Source: Candidatus Brocadiia bacterium
GTDB taxonomy: Bacteria; Planctomycetota; Brocadiia; SM23-32
Direction: 5' to 3'
Assembly (NCBI GenBank): GCA_046538485.1
Contig: JBKHIT010000003.1
Span: 64,001 to 128,000 of the forward strand
DNA length: 64,000 bases
Both the position numbers and the translations under genes were made by a program. Shown piece by piece: positions 60,491 to 64,000 of this stretch; within the stretch, counting starts at the first letter, position 1, and each line of letters opens with the position of its first letter. The notes beneath the pieces are model-generated. The model was not told the DNA's origin, ran no database searches, and worked only from the letters and a program-made list of their open reading frames with translations.

Positions 60491-61966
60491 TCAATATTCT
60501 TTTCGCATTCGAGATGACGGAATATTCAGGTTCTTCCGGTATTTGGAGATAGTACGGCGAGCGATATCAATGCCTTCTTCGTTCAGTTTATCCGCGATGT
60601 CCTGGTCGCTGAGGGGATTGCTCTTATCTTCGTTTTCAACAATATTGAGGAGTTTTTTCTTGACGACTTCCCACGACTCCATTTCTCCATTATCTTTCTC
60701 TACTCCTCCTGTAAAGAAATGCTTGAGAGAATAGATTCCCTGGGGAGTTTGCGCATATTTATCGGAAATTGCCCGGCTGACGGTTGAAACATGGACGCCC
60801 ACGCGGTCTGCGACTTCCTGCATTTTCAGCGGTTTCAGGTGCATTTCTCCTTTTTCAAAGAATTCTTTCTGAGCATTAACGATATCCTCAGTCACATTTT
60901 GAACGGTGGCTCGACGTTGCTCAATAGCAGAGATCAATCCTTGGGCGCTTTGAAGCTTTTTCTTCAGATACTCACGCGTCTTTTCATCGAGATCTTTTTG
61001 GCGCAGCCTGCGGGCGTAGTATGCGCAGATGCTCAGCGATGGAAGCCAGCTATCTTCCTGGATTACTTCGAATTTCCCATCTCGTTCAACGATGCGAATT
61101 TCAGGTGTGACGTGGGGGGTAATGGGTTTTTGGAAGAGGGATCCTGGAATGGGGTTTAGTTTACTGATAGATTCAACAGCTTCTTTCAGCTTTTCAATGG
61201 AGCAGCCGACAGCTCGGGCAACCTTAGGATAGCGATTTTGGAGGATGTCGTCGAAATGATCGGTGATGATTTTTTTCAGAAGGTCATAATTCGGATCTCT
61301 CTTATCCAGTTGCAACAGCAGGCATTCTTCCGTATTACGGGCGGCAACGCCGGGTGGCTCAAAGCTCTGCACCAGTTTGAGTGCATCCTCGGCCTGCTCG
61401 AGCGTAACGTTATTATCCATCGACGCCACAATCTCTTCCAGAGGATGTGCGAGATAACCTCTGTCGTCGAGGTTGGCAACGATATTTTCGCCGATCGCGC
61501 GCATATCTTCGTCAAGGTCATGGTATGCCAGCTGGCTGTTGAGATGATCTTCGAGAGACGGGTCCGGGGCAGGGGAGTTTTCGAATGCTTCCTGTTTATC
61601 GCCTTTGGTATTGGGCGAGTAGCTCCCTGATGAGGTTGCGGAGGCTGAACGTTCGTAATATGAGGCCAAATCGTCAAAACGATCAAAATCGTCGGCTTGC
61701 TCTTCTTCGTTGGCGCTGACCTCGTCGAGCTTTTCTTCCTCTGCTGGCTCTTCGACCTCTGAGTTTTCGAGGGATTTTGTTTTTGCATCCTCTTCTTTAT
61801 CTTCAGAGATGGTTTGCTCCAACATGGGGTTTTCCTGCAGTTCTTCATCGATTCGGTGTTTCAACTCAATCAGGGGCAACTGCAGTATTTCTATCGACTG
61901 GATTACCTGTGGAGCCAGCCGCATACGCATTTCCTGTCGCGCCTGCAGGCTGGCTTCCATTCTCAT
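60491..61966 (-). CDS. rpoN: RNA polymerase sigma-54 factor
   Basis: Gln-rich region I, NLDDRGYL, HVSTVSRA, PLSDQ, RpoN box ARRTISKYR. Confidence 0.97.
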   Translation of the reverse strand: MRMEASLQARQEMRMRLAPQVIQSIEILQLPLIELKHRIDEELQENPMLEQTISEDKEEDAKTKSLENSEVEEPAEEEKLDEVSANEEEQADDFDRFDDLASYYERSASATSSGSYSPNTKGDKQEAFENSPAPDPSLEDHLNSQLAYHDLDEDMRAIGENIVANLDDRGYLAHPLEEIVASMDNNVTLEQAEDALKLVQSFEPPGVAARNTEECLLLQLDKRDPNYDLLKKIITDHFDDILQNRYPKVARAVGCSIEKLKEAVESISKLNPIPGSLFQKPITPHVTPEIRIVERDGKFEVIQEDSWLPSLSICAYYARRLRQKDLDEKTREYLKKKLQSAQGLISAIEQRRATVQNVTEDIVNAQKEFFEKGEMHLKPLKMQEVADRVGVHVSTVSRAISDKYAQTPQGIYSLKHFFTGGVEKDNGEMESWEVVKKKLLNIVENEDKSNPLSDQDIADKLNEEGIDIARRTISKYRKNLNIPSSRMRKEY

Positions 61967-61996
61967 GGATTTATTACCTTTCTTCGATTAAAAGGC

Positions 61997-62617
61997 CTAT
62001 TCGGTCTCTGATTGTTCGATTTCACGTCGCCCTTGCAACGCTTCGGTGACAATTGCCGAATCGGCGTACTCGAGGTGGCTGCCGCTGGGAAGTCCTTTGG
62101 CAATGCGCGTGATTTTCACATCGATGTTCTCGAGAGCCTTGCGCACGAATTCGGCGGTTACATCTCCTTCCATATCGGGATTGGTGGCAAGGATGATTTC
62201 TTCACTTTGTTCATCGGCTGCTCTCCGCAGCAGATCATCAATCGTCAGATCTTCAGGCTCAATACCATCAAGAGGTGCCAGGCGGCCGCCGAGAACATGG
62301 TAAAGCCCCCTGTATCCGCCGCTTTCTTCAATCGCTGCTGCGTCCTGAGAACTTTCGACCACACAAATTGTGCTGGGGTCTCGACGTTCATCGGAGCATA
62401 TGTGACACGGGTCGCTTTCCGATAGCAAATGGCAAATCGAACATTGCCTGATACTCTTTTTGACAGTTTCGATTGCCCGGGCAAGCTCAAGAGCTTCATC
62501 ATTGCTGAGACGCACGATATGATAAGCCAGCCGCTCGGCCGTTTTCTCCCCGACTCCTGGCAGACCGGTCAACCGTTCTACCAACCGGGAAATAGATTCG
62601 GCACCTCCCTTGTTCAT
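61997..62617 (-). CDS. recR: Recombination mediator RecR
   Basis: LPGVGEKTAERLAY, C4 zinc finger, ICVVE, YHVLGG, ATNP..EG. Confidence 0.97.
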   Translation of the reverse strand: MNKGGAESISRLVERLTGLPGVGEKTAERLAYHIVRLSNDEALELARAIETVKKSIRQCSICHLLSESDPCHICSDERRDPSTICVVESSQDAAAIEESGGYRGLYHVLGGRLAPLDGIEPEDLTIDDLLRRAADEQSEEIILATNPDMEGDVTAEFVRKALENIDVKITRIAKGLPSGSHLEYADSAIVTEALQGRREIEQSETE

Positions 62618-62685
62618 AGTCGGTCCTCTCCTGCTTTCCGGATGCCAGAATTATTGTACCAGCTGAGCTGTATTTTTGCCAATTT

Positions 62686-63036
62686 TTAGAGCAAGTTTTC
62701 GATTCCCGGCAACGGGATTCCCTGGGTCAATTTGCTTTTTTCTTCCTCTTCAATGTCGGCGGCTTTTTTCAAGCCCTGCCTTACGGCAGCGAGGATCATC
62801 TCCTGGAGGAATTCCGGGTCTTCTTCCTCCAGAATGGTCGGTTCTATCTTGACATCAAGGGGCTCTTGAAGCCCGTTGAAAAGCACCTTCACCATACCTC
62901 CGCCGGCACTTCCCTCGACCACCCGCTCTTTGAGCGTTTCATCGAGTTCATCCATCTGTTTCTGCAATTCTTTTACCTGATTCTGAGCTTGTTTCATGAT
63001 ACGACCCATGTCGCCCAGACCGCCTAAACCTTTCAT
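62686..63036 (-). CDS. ybaB: YbaB/EbfC nucleoid-associated protein
   Basis: MKQAQ, VEGSAGGGMVKV, position between dnaX and recR. Confidence 0.93.
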   Translation of the reverse strand: MKGLGGLGDMGRIMKQAQNQVKELQKQMDELDETLKERVVEGSAGGGMVKVLFNGLQEPLDVKIEPTILEEEDPEFLQEMILAAVRQGLKKAADIEEEEKSKLTQGIPLPGIENLL

Positions 63037-63168
63037 TACCTGGCTCCTGAAATAAATTATCGCTTGTAGAGTTCTTCTTTATCCACTAAAACCACCCGGT
63101 CCCGTTTGCATCATCTTTGTCGAGAGATTTTTGCACGGATAGCGATTTGCGTGTGAAAATAAAACAGT

Positions 63169-64000
63169 TTACTGATCGTCTTCCATGGTGTTTTCGCCGG
63201 TTTGTTTTTGTTCGTCCAATTTTTTTTGCCGTTCCCGCAGCTGTACAGGGCGCAACCCAAATTCTTTATCGGCTTGGATGAACGCTTGCATCAGCGAGTC
63301 TTCGTTTTTTAAACCGTTTGCCAGAGTTCGTTTTTCGGCCGATACTTCAATCTGCTTGTATGTGTCTCTGTCGATTCCCTCCGGGAGATCCATTTTTTCT
63401 GTCTCTGAAATACGTCTCTGACCAGAAGGATTTTTCTGCTGCAGTTTCTTCATCATGCTGGCCACACGCGAAGATTGACTATCTTTCTTTTTTTTTTGAG
63501 GAGACACTCCCGTTGACTTTTTCTGTGCGGTCTCTTTTTCCGTTGACGGATTGGCTTCTGTTTGCGGATCCCCTCCCGAAAGGCGTTCGATAGCTTCTTC
63601 CAAATGCAGCAAATCCTCTGTGTTTGAAAGTTTAATAATAGCCAGTTCCATTGCCAGCCGACCCGTGCTATCGCGTCGGGCTCGGAGTTTTGCCTCACGG
63701 AAGACCTGAAGTAGATAGAGTATTTGGTCTGGAGAGAAGGCTTCTGCCTGGCGTTCGAGGGTTTCAGAATCAGCGGGGGCGCTGGCGAGCAAGTCATCCT
63801 CTGGTCCACAATAACTGGCGACCAGCAAATCGCGGAGGTATGCCGAAATCTGATCGGCAAAATCCAGAATATCAACGCCCCCCAGCAGCACTTCGTGCAT
63901 TTTTTGCAGGGCCTTGCCGGTTTGCTGGTCAGATAGGGCGTCAACAATTTCGACCAGAGTTTGTGTGCGAGCGGTGCCCAAAACCATGCGGACATCCTCG
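63169..64000 (-). CDS. dnaX: DNA polymerase III gamma/tau, C-terminal part (5' end outside the window)
   Basis: EDVRMVLG..AL..G.D..YLRDLL..RLAMELAIIKL; synteny with ybaB-recR; frame open to the window edge. Confidence 0.85.
   Translation of the reverse strand, partial: EDVRMVLGTARTQTLVEIVDALSDQQTGKALQKMHEVLLGGVDILDFADQISAYLRDLLVASYCGPEDDLLASAPADSETLERQAEAFSPDQILYLLQVFREAKLRARRDSTGRLAMELAIIKLSNTEDLLHLEEAIERLSGGDPQTEANPSTEKETAQKKSTGVSPQKKKKDSQSSRVASMMKKLQQKNPSGQRRISETEKMDLPEGIDRDTYKQIEVSAEKRTLANGLKNEDSLMQAFIQADKEFGLRPVQLRERQKKLDEQKQTGENTMEDDQ

Noticed and set aside
63480..63500. A-run in dnaX as a programmed frameshift site
   Set aside because: Encodes a Lys-rich linker; no clear stimulatory hairpin, so unsupported

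Overview
Bacterial chromosomal segment of moderate GC, most consistent with a Planctomycetota/PVC-type organism. Supporting signs are a prepilin-type/H-X9-DG protein, sulfatases, DUF4838, an HTH_17+receiver regulator and dnaX-ybaB-recR-rpoN synteny; this taxonomy is inference. The left 40 kb is mostly carbohydrate catabolism: ROK and PfkB kinases, two sulfatases, DUF4838, a tandem pair of large unknown LamG-containing exported proteins, xylA, and a signal-peptide-less hydrolase cluster with GH127. The right 24 kb mixes housekeeping genes (rnc, prenyl synthase, tRNA-Ser, thi4, nadA, xerC, yhaM-like, tatC, rpoN, recR, ybaB, dnaX) with further CAZyme-like genes. Several intergenic regions are mosaics of palindromic repeats and MITEs. 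Best leads: (1) TatC fused to an extra helix and a FecR-like domain; (2) a tandem paralog pair that looks like an unclassified glycoside-hydrolase-like enzyme plus a degenerate partner; (3) a heparinase-like protein with apparently substituted catalytic residues; (4) acidic loops shared by basic exported proteins; (5) nested and shuffled repeat modules. No CRISPR array, rRNA, transposase or prophage was seen. All assignments are by eye from motifs; no searches were run.
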